A stretch of DNA of 64,000 bases from assembly GCA_964409615.1 (NCBI GenBank), contig CAYPDT010000001.1, positions 243,880 to 307,879 of the forward strand. The letters run 5' to 3'. This DNA comes from an uncultured Candidatus Saccharibacteria bacterium. GTDB lineage: Bacteria; Patescibacteriota; Saccharimonadia; Saccharimonadales; AWTP1-31. The first letter of the stretch is position 1. Each line of letters opens with the position of its first letter. The translations under genes were made by a program, and so were the position numbers. Shown here piece after piece: positions 19,261 through 28,394 of the stretch. The notes beneath the pieces were generated by a model. The model saw nothing but the letters and a program-made list of their open reading frames with translations. It made no database searches and was not told the origin of the DNA.

Positions 19261-20091
19261 TTACAGATGAACTTCTGGAGCACCAAAGACGGCTAGGTCT
19301 CTAAAGATAGCCAAGTTGTGCGCATTGCTTGGAATAGCTACAGGAGCGTACTTATCGTCAAATTGTACTTCACCAACTGTAGGTGTCTTCAAACCAGGTA
19401 CGCCAGCAATATCTTCGTATTCAACACCAAGCCCACCGAGTGACTTGATAGCAGGTGTGTTAAGGTGAGCAAAAATCATCAATTCACCTTCATCTAGCTG
19501 ACCACGTTCTACGTGATTGAATAATGCAAGATAACCTACATCAGATATTCGTAAACCATTATAAGGTTCTGTCTCTTTGATACGGAAGTTGGTTTCGACA
19601 CTGATACTTCGCTCAAGTCGTGTGCCATTTTTTGCATAAAAGTCAGCAAATTGTGCACCGTCAAGACCTTGGCCTGACAGTACAATATCATCGATAAATG
19701 GCATGCCAGTCAACTGAACTTGCTCACCATTAACATCGGTTGCCATCTCGGTTGAACCGCCTTCTGATCGCCCTGAGAATCTGAAAGCATGAACTAATTC
19801 TTGCCTGCCATCTCGCATATCAGCAATTGCAAGGAAGAGGCAAAGGCCTTCGTAACTAGCAACAATTTCGGGTATTTCAGGGAACTTCTTGGCTTCTTCA
19901 TTCTTGACTAAGTCAACATGAGGACTATCAGGACTTAACCATACAGAATAAAGGTCGCCTTGGTCACCCTGAGATTCACGGATAGCATCAAAGAACTGAG
20001 CTTCTCGTTCTACAACTTGTTCAGGGGTTAAATGATAAGGGTCGAATCCTGGTGTCATACCATCGCTTGGTCGCACATCAACTAAACTCAT
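19261..20091 (-). CDS. Hypothetical protein, co-operonic with pdaD
   Basis: 276-aa ORF starting 3 nt after the pdaD stop. I recognised no motif. Confidence 0.5.
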   Translation of the reverse strand: MSLVDVRPSDGMTPGFDPYHLTPEQVVEREAQFFDAIRESQGDQGDLYSVWLSPDSPHVDLVKNEEAKKFPEIPEIVASYEGLCLFLAIADMRDGRQELVHAFRFSGRSEGGSTEMATDVNGEQVQLTGMPFIDDIVLSGQGLDGAQFADFYAKNGTRLERSISVETNFRIKETEPYNGLRISDVGYLALFNHVERGQLDEGELMIFAHLNTPAIKSLGGLGVEYEDIAGVPGLKTPTVGEVQFDDKYAPVAIPSNAHNLAIFRDLAVFGAPEVHL

Positions 20092-20094
20092 GAT

Positions 20095-20610
20095 TTACTC
20101 CTTGTCTCCTTCCAGTAAAACTGGCTTATTTTCCCAATCGCTCGCCTGGTAAACTGCAACTGCAAAAGCACAAATTGGCTTGTCTTTACAGACACCACCA
20201 ACAACGGTCATGTTGATTTTGCCAAAGTCTACACCACGGGTTTTCATTAGGTCTTTGAGGCTATTTTCGATATCTTGGCGAACTTGCTGCTCGCTATTAC
20301 CTTCGTGTTCTACAAACAGACCTTTGCCGTCAGTTTCGTCTTGCACCCAGCCAATTCCAGCCCAGGCTTCTTCGTTGTGGGTACTGGTACGCTGTTCGGC
20401 ATACACTACATATAGTCGGTCTCCCCAGCCACCAATAGTGTTCTGGATAGGCCCGTCCACGCACTCAACCTGGGTGTTTGGGGGGATAACTGAACTTAAT
20501 CGAATAAGATTACGGTCGCAAACACCGGTTGCATATAACGCGGCATCAAACGCACCGAGCTGTGTTGTACCTTCTTTTACTGCCGTCGAAACCTGAATTT
20601 TCATAATCAC
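20095..20610 (-). CDS. pdaD: Pyruvoyl-dependent arginine decarboxylase
   Basis: About 170 aa with the self-cleavage Ser-Ser context NLIRLSSVIPP. Length and overall pattern match the PdaD family. Confidence 0.75.
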   Translation of the reverse strand: MIMKIQVSTAVKEGTTQLGAFDAALYATGVCDRNLIRLSSVIPPNTQVECVDGPIQNTIGGWGDRLYVVYAEQRTSTHNEEAWAGIGWVQDETDGKGLFVEHEGNSEQQVRQDIENSLKDLMKTRGVDFGKINMTVVGGVCKDKPICAFAVAVYQASDWENKPVLLEGDKE

Positions 20611-20623
20611 TTTCCGTGGGTAT

Positions 20624-20670
20624 TAAAAAAACGGCACGCGGACAGACGAAGTTGTCTGTTCACGTACCGT
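20624..20670 (-). terminator. Intrinsic terminator-like hairpin plus U7 inside the pdaD leader (attenuator candidate)
   Basis: On the minus strand, ACGGTACGTGAACAGAC-AACTTC-GTCTGTCCGCGTGCCGT (17-bp stem, 2 mismatches) is followed by TTTTTTT. The pdaD ATG lies 14 nt downstream of the T-run. Confidence 0.55.
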
Positions 20671-20700
20671 TTAATCTTGCAAAGTTCTAAACTATATTGC

Positions 20701-20729
20701 ATTATACGGTACCACAAGGGTTTTGTCAA
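20701..20729 (-). promoter_or_regulatory. Consensus sigma70 promoter TTGACA-N17-TATAAT
   Basis: Minus strand: TTGACA (20724-20729), a 17-nt spacer, TATAAT (20701-20706). It sits between the upstream gene stop (20740) and the leader hairpin. Confidence 0.65.
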
Positions 20730-20739
20730 CACAATTTAA

Positions 20740-21624
20740 CTATATTTTAAGGGCTTCTTCTTGTTCTTCATTGGCCCGATTAACTTTACGCTTACCCCAA
20801 TTATAGACTGCCGGGATACTTGCCACACCAAGGATTGCCCCTCCAACTGTTTGTAAACTTGGGCTTTCTATTCCTTGATCAAGCAACCACCCCTGCACGG
20901 CACAAACACCAGCCAACGCTGCAGAGGTTTTAAGCCCGTATTCGGCATTCTCGCGGAACGTGCGCTCCTCTGTTGCCTCTCTATCTCTTATAAACACTGA
21001 TACTGCAGTGCCGCCAAGGAAAGCTGCAGCGGCCTTTATGCCGCCATTAACTTTTGCACCTTCGTGTAGCCCAACTTTGTTCAAGCCCTTATTTAGCAGA
21101 GCCCGAGAACGTTTTGCACCGCCACGTGATAACACGTCAGCTGTTGCCAAGCCTGCTAGCCCTTCAATAATAAAGGTAGCTGCACCATATATAGCACCAA
21201 CAAGTGCAGATTTGCCATCTAGTGCTGTTGCCGCCATGCCTAGCACGGCAAACCTCAGCGCTTCGTTAAATGGTGTGACCTCAAGGCCGATAATTCCTGC
21301 TTCTGAACCGCTACGAGTCGCGGATAGAACTCGCCGACCTATTCTTCGCCAGCGTGATACTTCTTGTTGTGTATCTGCTTCTATGGCAGCCGGGGCTTCG
21401 ATACTAAACAGTGGTGATGTTGCTACATCTATCGATTCGATATTTTGCTCACTTGGCAGACCGTGTAGCAAAGGACCTTCGTAAAAGCCATTCTCATTTA
21501 CAAGAGCTGAGTTACTATTTTCAACCAAATCTTGACCAACCAAGAAACGTGCTACAGCGCTATACTCTGTCTCGTTGAGGGGTGGTTGTATAATGTTTGG
21601 ACTAATGGCTGATAATTCTGTCAT
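20740..21624 (-). CDS. Hypothetical membrane protein (Gly/Ala-rich TM helices)
   Basis: Long ORF with a soluble N-terminal third followed by several G/A-rich hydrophobic segments. Confidence 0.5.
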   Translation of the reverse strand: MTELSAISPNIIQPPLNETEYSAVARFLVGQDLVENSNSALVNENGFYEGPLLHGLPSEQNIESIDVATSPLFSIEAPAAIEADTQQEVSRWRRIGRRVLSATRSGSEAGIIGLEVTPFNEALRFAVLGMAATALDGKSALVGAIYGAATFIIEGLAGLATADVLSRGGAKRSRALLNKGLNKVGLHEGAKVNGGIKAAAAFLGGTAVSVFIRDREATEERTFRENAEYGLKTSAALAGVCAVQGWLLDQGIESPSLQTVGGAILGVASIPAVYNWGKRKVNRANEEQEEALKI

Positions 21625-21764
21625 GATGATGTAGTAATATAAAACCGACCCACAACAAAACGGTTATGAATTGCTGCGAGTCGGAATAATCTTCTAAAGT
21701 ACTCGGCAATTGTACAACTTTTTATAAAATATGTCAATATAGACGTCAAGTCGCAAGGAATACC

Positions 21765-22139
21765 ATGATAACCATCGCCGTCGTAGAAGACGACCATCCA
21801 ATCGCCCAGATGTATCAGTTCAAGTTAGAGTCGGCGGGCTTTAAAACAGCCGTTGCCCACGATGGTGAACAGGGCTTGAAGGTCATCGAAGAAGTACGAC
21901 CTGATTTAATCTTGCTCGACCTGCGCATGCCTGTCATGACTGGCGACGAAATGCTGGAAAAGCTACGACAAACAGAATGGGGTAGTAGTATTCGAGTAAT
22001 TATCCTGACCAACATTAGCAAAAATGAGGCACCGCACGGTCTGCGATTCTTGAATGTAGACCGCTACGTAGTAAAGGCGCATCACACGCCACAACAGGTT
22101 GTGGATATCATAAAAGAAGTGCTTCGACTACCACGTTAG
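21765..22139 (+). CDS. Single-domain response regulator (receiver only), copy 1
   Basis: CheY-like: acidic pair EDD, phospho-acceptor LLDLRMP, conserved T (ILTN) and K (VVKAHHTP). No output domain. Confidence 0.85.
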   Translation: MITIAVVEDDHPIAQMYQFKLESAGFKTAVAHDGEQGLKVIEEVRPDLILLDLRMPVMTGDEMLEKLRQTEWGSSIRVIILTNISKNEAPHGLRFLNVDRYVVKAHHTPQQVVDIIKEVLRLPR

Positions 22140-22203
22140 CATTGTGAAACTCACAGCATAAACAATTTGAAATGGTTGCTGAAAGTGCGTAGACTTAATC
22201 CTT

Positions 22204-22608
22204 GTGCGCAAAAAAATAACCATCATCGAAGACGACAAATCTATAGCAAAAATGTACCAGTTCAAGCTGGAAAATGAGGGCTTTGATATCGAAGTTGCCC
22301 ACTCCGGACCAGCCGGATTGCATCTGGTACGCAATACTCGCCCCAACCTCATATTACTCGACTTGCGACTACCACATATGAACGGCGATGAAGTACTGCA
22401 CCACATCCGCCAGCATGAATGGGGCAAGGCCATTAAGGTGATGATTATGGCAAATGTCAGCCGAGTACATGCTCCTAAACGACTAGAGACGCTGGAGTTC
22501 GATAAATATCTGATTAAAGCTCACCATACACCTGGGCAAGTAGCCGACATTATTAACGACTTGCTCAGCCAACCTTCAGCTTCGCATAGTAGTTACTACA
22601 GTAAGTAG
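22204..22608 (+). CDS. Single-domain response regulator (receiver only), copy 2
   Basis: GTG start. Contains IIEDD, LLDLRLP and LIKAHHTP. Paralog of copy 1 with a short S-rich tail. Confidence 0.85.
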   Translation: MRKKITIIEDDKSIAKMYQFKLENEGFDIEVAHSGPAGLHLVRNTRPNLILLDLRLPHMNGDEVLHHIRQHEWGKAIKVMIMANVSRVHAPKRLETLEFDKYLIKAHHTPGQVADIINDLLSQPSASHSSYYSK

Positions 22609-22668
22609 CTAAACAAAGATACCGGTACTGTATTGTGTTTACGCCTAACTTACACTACTATTCTTTAT

Positions 22669-23043
22669 ATGGCGGCAGTAAAAGTTGCAATCATCGAAGA
22701 CGACCAGGCCATCAGCCAGATGTATCGCATCAAGTTCCAGGCTGAAGGTTTTGACGTAGATACAGCCGAGAACGGCAAGCTGGGTCTTGAGCTGTGTGAA
22801 AAAATGCGTCCCGACATCATCTTGCTCGACCTCATGATGCCCGAGATGACTGGCGACCAGATGTTACTTGAACTGCGTAAAACTACTTGGGGTGCAAAGA
22901 CCAAGGTAGTTATTCTTACTAATATGGGTGAGCAAGAAATTCCTGAATCAGTCAAAAACCAAGGTGTTAGTGCCGTTATTCTAAAAGCCGACATGACCCC
23001 TCGTCAGGTCGCCGAACTCGTCAAGAAAACAATTGATAGCTAA
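22669..23043 (+). CDS. Single-domain response regulator (receiver only), copy 3
   Basis: Start placed at MAAVKVAIIEDD. Contains LLDLMMP, ILTN and ILKADMTP. Confidence 0.85.
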   Translation: MAAVKVAIIEDDQAISQMYRIKFQAEGFDVDTAENGKLGLELCEKMRPDIILLDLMMPEMTGDQMLLELRKTTWGAKTKVVILTNMGEQEIPESVKNQGVSAVILKADMTPRQVAELVKKTIDS

Positions 23044-23084
23044 ATTCGCACCCTCACAGCAGGCTAATACGGTATGATAGAAGC

Positions 23085-24416
23085 ATGAGAATTGCTGTTA
23101 TAGGCTATGGCAAACAGGGCCAGGCCGCTGTCGAATATTGGGGTAAAGATAATGATGTTACGGTCTGTGATCAGAACGAACATCTTGAATTACCCGATGG
23201 CGTTGAAGCCCAGCTAGGGCCCGGCTATTTGGACGACCTCGACCGTTTTCATCTGATAGTCCGCTCCCCTGTTATACACCCTCGAGACATTGCCGAAGCT
23301 AACGGTGAACGCATTCTGAAAAAGGTTACCACTGTCACCGAAGAGTTTTTCCGTGTCTGCCCTGCCAACATTATCGGAGTAACTGGTACTAAAGGTAAAG
23401 GAACCACCTCTTCACTCATCGCTAAAATACTAGAAGCCGGCGGGCACCGCGTTCACTTGGGTGGCAACATCGGCATTGCGCCACTTGAAATGCTGAAGTG
23501 GAATATTAAACCCACCGATTGGGTTGTATTGGAGTTGGCGAACTTCCAGCTGATCGACCTCGGTGTATCACCAACCATTGCCGTCTGCTTAATGGTCGCG
23601 CCTGAACACTTGGACTGGCATAAAGACATGGCCGAATACGTTGGCTCTAAACAGAATTTATTCCGTCACCAAGGGCCAGATGACCTGACAATCTTTAATC
23701 GTCTGAGCGATTTTTCGGGTGAAGTTGCCGAAGTATCTCCTGCCCTCAAGATTTCCTACGAAGTACCGCCGTTACACCAAGAACCCGAAGAGAAAAATGG
23801 CGCCTATGTGCTTGGTGATGATATCTATATGGATGATGAGCGAGTTTGTGGAGTTAGTGAAGTTAATCTGCTGGGTCGGCACAACCTCGAAAATGTCTGT
23901 GCCGCTATTGCCGCTACCTGGGAACTAATCGACCACAATCCTAAAGCTGTTTCTAAAGCTCTTAGTACGTTTGTCGGGTTACCACACCGGCTTGAATTTG
24001 TTCGTGAACTCGATGGAATAAAGTACTATAACGATTCATTTGCTGCCACACCCCAGGCATCTGTGGCAGCTATGCACGCCATACCTGGCCCCAAAGTTGT
24101 CATTGCCGGCGGCTACGACAGAGGTCTTGACCTTTCGGTATTTGCCGAAGGCGCTACAAGCCCCGATGCACAGGTGCAACACATGCTCCTCATCGGTCAA
24201 ACCGCTCCCAAGATTGCCGAAGCGCTTACTAAAGCCAATTTTAGTGCATTTACCATCTTAGGTGCTACTGACATGAAAACCATTATTAACACTGCTCGAG
24301 AGACCGCCTCTTCTGGCCAAGCAGTGGTACTGTCTCCTGGCTGTGCTAGTTTTGATATGTTCAAGAACTTCGAAGACCGCGGCTTGCAATTCAAGGCCGG
24401 AGTTGACGCATTATGA
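23085..24416 (+). CDS. murD: UDP-N-acetylmuramoyl-L-alanine--glutamate ligase (MurD family)
   Basis: Mur ligase ATP site GVTGTKGKGTT, an N-terminal Rossmann-like MRIAVIGYGKQG, and a C-terminal HRLE motif (LPHRLEFV). Confidence 0.85.
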   Translation: MRIAVIGYGKQGQAAVEYWGKDNDVTVCDQNEHLELPDGVEAQLGPGYLDDLDRFHLIVRSPVIHPRDIAEANGERILKKVTTVTEEFFRVCPANIIGVTGTKGKGTTSSLIAKILEAGGHRVHLGGNIGIAPLEMLKWNIKPTDWVVLELANFQLIDLGVSPTIAVCLMVAPEHLDWHKDMAEYVGSKQNLFRHQGPDDLTIFNRLSDFSGEVAEVSPALKISYEVPPLHQEPEEKNGAYVLGDDIYMDDERVCGVSEVNLLGRHNLENVCAAIAATWELIDHNPKAVSKALSTFVGLPHRLEFVRELDGIKYYNDSFAATPQASVAAMHAIPGPKVVIAGGYDRGLDLSVFAEGATSPDAQVQHMLLIGQTAPKIAEALTKANFSAFTILGATDMKTIINTARETASSGQAVVLSPGCASFDMFKNFEDRGLQFKAGVDAL

Positions 24417-25711
24417 ACAATGCCCCAACCTACAAAGCCTTTATTTTTAAAGGCTACAATTTCGATGCCACTACTAAAACCTTAAAACTTAGCTATGGTT
24501 TTGATGATGCATATAGCTTCACCGAAGAATACCGCTTCAATTTCGACCTCCGACCGCATGACCAGCAGGTGCTAGACCGAGCCATCCAGTCGCTTTTCTT
24601 TATGGCTGGCGTCTCATACTACAAGGCATTTCCAGTCGAAGCTATCCGTATAGATCAAGGCAAAATCGACCGCAAAGATGCCGACTTCTTTGCCAAAACG
24701 TATCAGCGTGGCCTCGGAGAGTATTACTACATCAACAAGATGAATCCGCGCAGCGAAGTTCCTTTTATTGCCAATACCACCGACCAGCTTGCTATCCATC
24801 ATAACCATGGCACAGGTGCCGTCATCGGCATCGGCGGGGGTAAAGACTCGCTCGTGAGCGCCGAACTACTGCGGAATCGGCCCGACTTTGCAACCTGGAG
24901 CCTTGGCCATCGCAGCCAACTAGAACCCCTGATCAAGCGCATTGGCATGCCTCACTTCTGGGTAGAGCGAACCCTCGACCCCCAAATTATTGGACTCAGT
25001 GCGAAAGGCGCCCTAGGCGGGCACATACCTATTTCGGCAATCTTTGGCTGTGTCGGCAGTATCGTAGCCATATTAAGCGGCCACCGCGATAGCATTGTAT
25101 CCAACGAAAACTCCTCAAACGAGCCAACATTGCACTACGACGGCGTAGCGATAAACCACCAGTATTCTAAGTCATTGGAGTATGAAAAAGACTATCAAGC
25201 TTACCTTGCTCGACATTTTGATGATACTGTTCGATATTACTCATTTTTACGACCCTTTAGTGAAGTAAAAATTGCAGAACTATTTGCCCAGTTAGGCTTC
25301 GAAAAATACAAAGATGTCTTTAGTTCGTGCAACCGTGCCTTCGTGCAGGGCAGCAACCAAATCAGCTGGTGTGGACAATGCAGCAAGTGCGCCTTTACAT
25401 TCTTAGCACTCAGCCCTTTTATCTCTCACACTGAGCTTGAAAAGTTATGGCACAAAAACTTACTACTCGACCCTACTCTAGTTACAACTTACCAGAACCT
25501 TCTTGGCATCAGTGGCGACAAACCCCTGGACTGTGTTGGCGAAATCAAAGAATCACGAGCTGCTATGCAAATAGCCCAAAAAGACTACCCGGGCCTCAGT
25601 TACGAATTCGACATTCCAGCCGACTACAGTTACAAAAACCTAGCCGACCACAGCATGCCACCCGAAATGTATGCCGTACTTACAGACTATCTTGCAAGTA
25701 GTGAAAGCTAA
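24413..25711 (+). CDS. PP-loop-like ATP-binding protein, candidate MurL-type UDP-MurNAc-L-Ala-L-Glu epimerase
   Basis: Its ATG overlaps the murD stop (ATGA). It carries a PP-loop-like motif GIGGGKDSLVSAELL and a Cys cluster SWCGQCSKCAFTF. The ~430-aa size matches the reported MurL. The assignment is inferential. Confidence 0.45.
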   Translation: MNNAPTYKAFIFKGYNFDATTKTLKLSYGFDDAYSFTEEYRFNFDLRPHDQQVLDRAIQSLFFMAGVSYYKAFPVEAIRIDQGKIDRKDADFFAKTYQRGLGEYYYINKMNPRSEVPFIANTTDQLAIHHNHGTGAVIGIGGGKDSLVSAELLRNRPDFATWSLGHRSQLEPLIKRIGMPHFWVERTLDPQIIGLSAKGALGGHIPISAIFGCVGSIVAILSGHRDSIVSNENSSNEPTLHYDGVAINHQYSKSLEYEKDYQAYLARHFDDTVRYYSFLRPFSEVKIAELFAQLGFEKYKDVFSSCNRAFVQGSNQISWCGQCSKCAFTFLALSPFISHTELEKLWHKNLLLDPTLVTTYQNLLGISGDKPLDCVGEIKESRAAMQIAQKDYPGLSYEFDIPADYSYKNLADHSMPPEMYAVLTDYLASSES

Positions 25712-25713
25712 GT

Positions 25714-26124
25714 TTACTTGTTTTGGTCGAATAGCGTAAAGTCTTCAGCTGTAAGTCGACCATCATCGCATGGAGGATAGTTTTCCTCTACATCGGGAGC
25801 GCCCCCGGCATAGCCAGTATTTCCACCCGAGGTTACGAGCTCCGTCACACTCACCAACCCGCCAGCACCGTCACAGAACTGCAGAATACTCGGAAAACTC
25901 CCGGGCTGTCGGTCACCGTCCTCTGTCATGAACTGGATTAATCTACTGCCATCATGTAAATACTCCACTTCGATGCCTGCCGCTGCCATAGGCACAACGG
26001 TCACTTCAGTCTCGCCAGACTTTCCGGCTTCGCTTGGCCTTGAGTAATTACCGTCCCCGCCACCACATCCTGCTAAAAATGCAGCGCTTAATAAAACTGG
26101 TACAAAAGCTTCTCTTGGTTTCAT
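25714..26124 (-). CDS. Small lipoprotein
   Basis: Signal plus lipobox: MKPREAFVPVLLSAAFLAGC. Confidence 0.55.
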   Translation of the reverse strand: MKPREAFVPVLLSAAFLAGCGGGDGNYSRPSEAGKSGETEVTVVPMAAAGIEVEYLHDGSRLIQFMTEDGDRQPGSFPSILQFCDGAGGLVSVTELVTSGGNTGYAGGAPDVEENYPPCDDGRLTAEDFTLFDQNK

Positions 26125-26207
26125 GAAAGAATATTATGTTCTTTTTTTATCACATGTCAATTTAGTACCCATCGCGCCTGTCGTATAGTTCTGTTATCAT
26201 TAACATA

Positions 26208-26696
26208 ATGTCAGAAGATAGCGCAACCGCAGCCCACGGCCAACAAGTATTTAGTGCCGTTGCTGTAATCCACAAAACAGTCGACAATGTACCTCATATC
26301 TTGGTTGCAAAGCGTGCCGATACCAAAAAATTCTTGCCTGGCAAGATAGAATTACCTGGTGGTCACATCGATTTTGGCGAAGACATGAAAACTGGCCTCA
26401 AGCGAGAACTAGCCGAAGAACTAGAAATTGAGGTTAATCTCGGGGCGCCATTTGCGGTGTTCACGTATGTGAACGAAGTGAAAGGCTCTCATTCTATCGA
26501 AGTTGCTTACTTTGCAACACTCATTAGCCTTGAAGAAAATATCACTCTTCACCCTGCAGACCATTCAGAGTGGTTTTGGGTAACACCCAATACTATGCAC
26601 AGAATAACTGATGTGAATGGCTCAACTGACGAAGAGCTGAGCGTCATTCTAGAAGCCTTTCGGCTGTTGCAAGGCGGCACGCCGCAGCTTGGCTAG
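26208..26696 (+). CDS. NUDIX hydrolase
   Basis: Nudix box GHIDFGEDMKTGLKRELAEELEI. Confidence 0.8.
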   Translation: MSEDSATAAHGQQVFSAVAVIHKTVDNVPHILVAKRADTKKFLPGKIELPGGHIDFGEDMKTGLKRELAEELEIEVNLGAPFAVFTYVNEVKGSHSIEVAYFATLISLEENITLHPADHSEWFWVTPNTMHRITDVNGSTDEELSVILEAFRLLQGGTPQLG

Positions 26697-26757
26697 TCCA
26701 TGATTATTGGTGACTAAAGCTATTGCCGTTTATGCTTAAATGTGCTATAATTGTGTT

Positions 26758-27492
26758 ATGCATTCTATTGTTGCTATTGGTGGTGGTTACATCGGTGAAC
26801 GGCAAACCGAAGCTATTGACCGTTACGCACTAGAACTTACTGGGGTTGAAAATCCTTCAGTTCTTTTTGTGCCGACGGCATCTTCAGACGACCCTAGCTA
26901 CAGCCAGACATTTACCGATTATTACCAAAGTCTTGGCGCCAACGTCAGTACCCTTGAACTCACCAAGTCACCGAGCCCCGACCAAGTCAGTGAAGCAATA
27001 TTGTCAGCCGACATGATTTACTGTGGCGGTGGTGATACTAGACTTGCAGTAGAGATGTGGCAAGGAGCTGGCATACCGGAATTGTTAGCACAAACAAAGT
27101 TACAAGAACGAGTCCAGGTACTCGGTGGCTTAAGTGCCGGTGCAAATATTTGGTTTGAGTTTTGCTCGTCAGATCTGGGTGTGGACGATGGGCCACTACA
27201 TCTAGTAAACGGCCTTGGTTTGATACCTAACATGTTAGTCAGCCCTCATCATGTCACCGAAGCAAAAGCACGCGACACTTTTATTGACAGCACATTACCC
27301 CTACCAAACCGCAAAGGTTTTGCTAGCACCAATGCTCTGGCCATAGATGACTGTGCTGCAGTTGTCATAGAACCAGGTATCAGGCCCTATGCAATCAACT
27401 CTCAAGCCGGTCGAAATGTAACTCTGGTAAGTCCTCGTATTGGGCAGTCGCACCGTCGGAGTTTTTTGACAATCGGCCGACCACCGCAATAA
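26758..27492 (+). CDS. Peptidase S51 (dipeptidase E / cyanophycinase-like)
   Basis: IVAIGGG.., LFVPTAS, YCGGGDT, and nucleophile context LGGLSAGAN. Start placed at MHSIVAIGGG. Confidence 0.6.
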   Translation: MHSIVAIGGGYIGERQTEAIDRYALELTGVENPSVLFVPTASSDDPSYSQTFTDYYQSLGANVSTLELTKSPSPDQVSEAILSADMIYCGGGDTRLAVEMWQGAGIPELLAQTKLQERVQVLGGLSAGANIWFEFCSSDLGVDDGPLHLVNGLGLIPNMLVSPHHVTEAKARDTFIDSTLPLPNRKGFASTNALAIDDCAAVVIEPGIRPYAINSQAGRNVTLVSPRIGQSHRRSFLTIGRPPQ

Positions 27493-27499
27493 GCACCAA

Positions 27500-28291
27500 T
27501 CAAGCACTAACCGGCCGTGATTGCCGCCACAACAGTTCGAAAAGCTTTCGTTGAGCATCAGCGATGGCTGGATTATGAATCTCAATCCCAAAAATTTCTT
27601 GATCTTTCCAATCGAAAAACGCTACTACATTGTCGTAAATAATAGTTGAATGAGATATTTCAAACAACTCAGCCGTAACTAATCGAGCCTGCCAATTATC
27701 CAACTTGTCGGTGACGGCTCGTACTGCCCACAGTCGTTGACTATCCAGAAACTCATCGTTTACTAAGCTACGGTGTGTAACCTGTTTTTCATTCACCCTA
27801 CTCACCCATCGTTCAAAAAACTTTTGATCAGTATTCATCTGTATGGTGGCGTTCAATATAGATAATGTCTCGCCACCAGTACGAGTTTCGTTCCACAGTA
27901 TTTGTTTAACACCATCGAGGCCCTGGTAAAACTGAATTCTCGTGGCTTCTTGCTGCAGTAAACTTTTTTCCAAAAGAGAGGTAATAGTGGGTAATTCCGC
28001 TTGTAGCTCAGCCAATTCTTGCTCGCGTTTTGCCATTAGCACCTGCAGATTCTCTATGGGTGCAGCCCGCAGCAACTGTCGTTTATATTCTGAATCAATT
28101 TCAATTAAAGCGTTCGTTTTTAAATCATCCAGCAGGCGATATATCTGGGTGCGTTCCATGCCAGCTTTGCGCGCTAACTCAGAAATGGTCAAACGCCCAT
28201 GCGAATGCAAACACAAGTACAAGTCGGCTAAACGTGGTTCGAGCCCCAGCTTATGAAAATAGCTCCGTACAACTTTCTGTCGATGCTCCAT
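27500..28291 (-). CDS. TrmB-family transcriptional regulator
   Basis: N-terminal wHTH: LGLEPRLADLYLCLHSHGRLTISELARKAGMERTQIYRLLDDLKTNALI. The start is uncertain (28291 or 28330). Confidence 0.65.
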   Translation of the reverse strand: MEHRQKVVRSYFHKLGLEPRLADLYLCLHSHGRLTISELARKAGMERTQIYRLLDDLKTNALIEIDSEYKRQLLRAAPIENLQVLMAKREQELAELQAELPTITSLLEKSLLQQEATRIQFYQGLDGVKQILWNETRTGGETLSILNATIQMNTDQKFFERWVSRVNEKQVTHRSLVNDEFLDSQRLWAVRAVTDKLDNWQARLVTAELFEISHSTIIYDNVVAFFDWKDQEIFGIEIHNPAIADAQRKLFELLWRQSRPVSA

Positions 28292-28394
28292 GCCAAAAGT
28301 ATACAAGTTGTTGCAACATTCACACAACAACTTAACCTGTTAGTATAACAATTTTACGCTGTTTGTGTAGGTTTTGTTACACAAGGAGCACACC

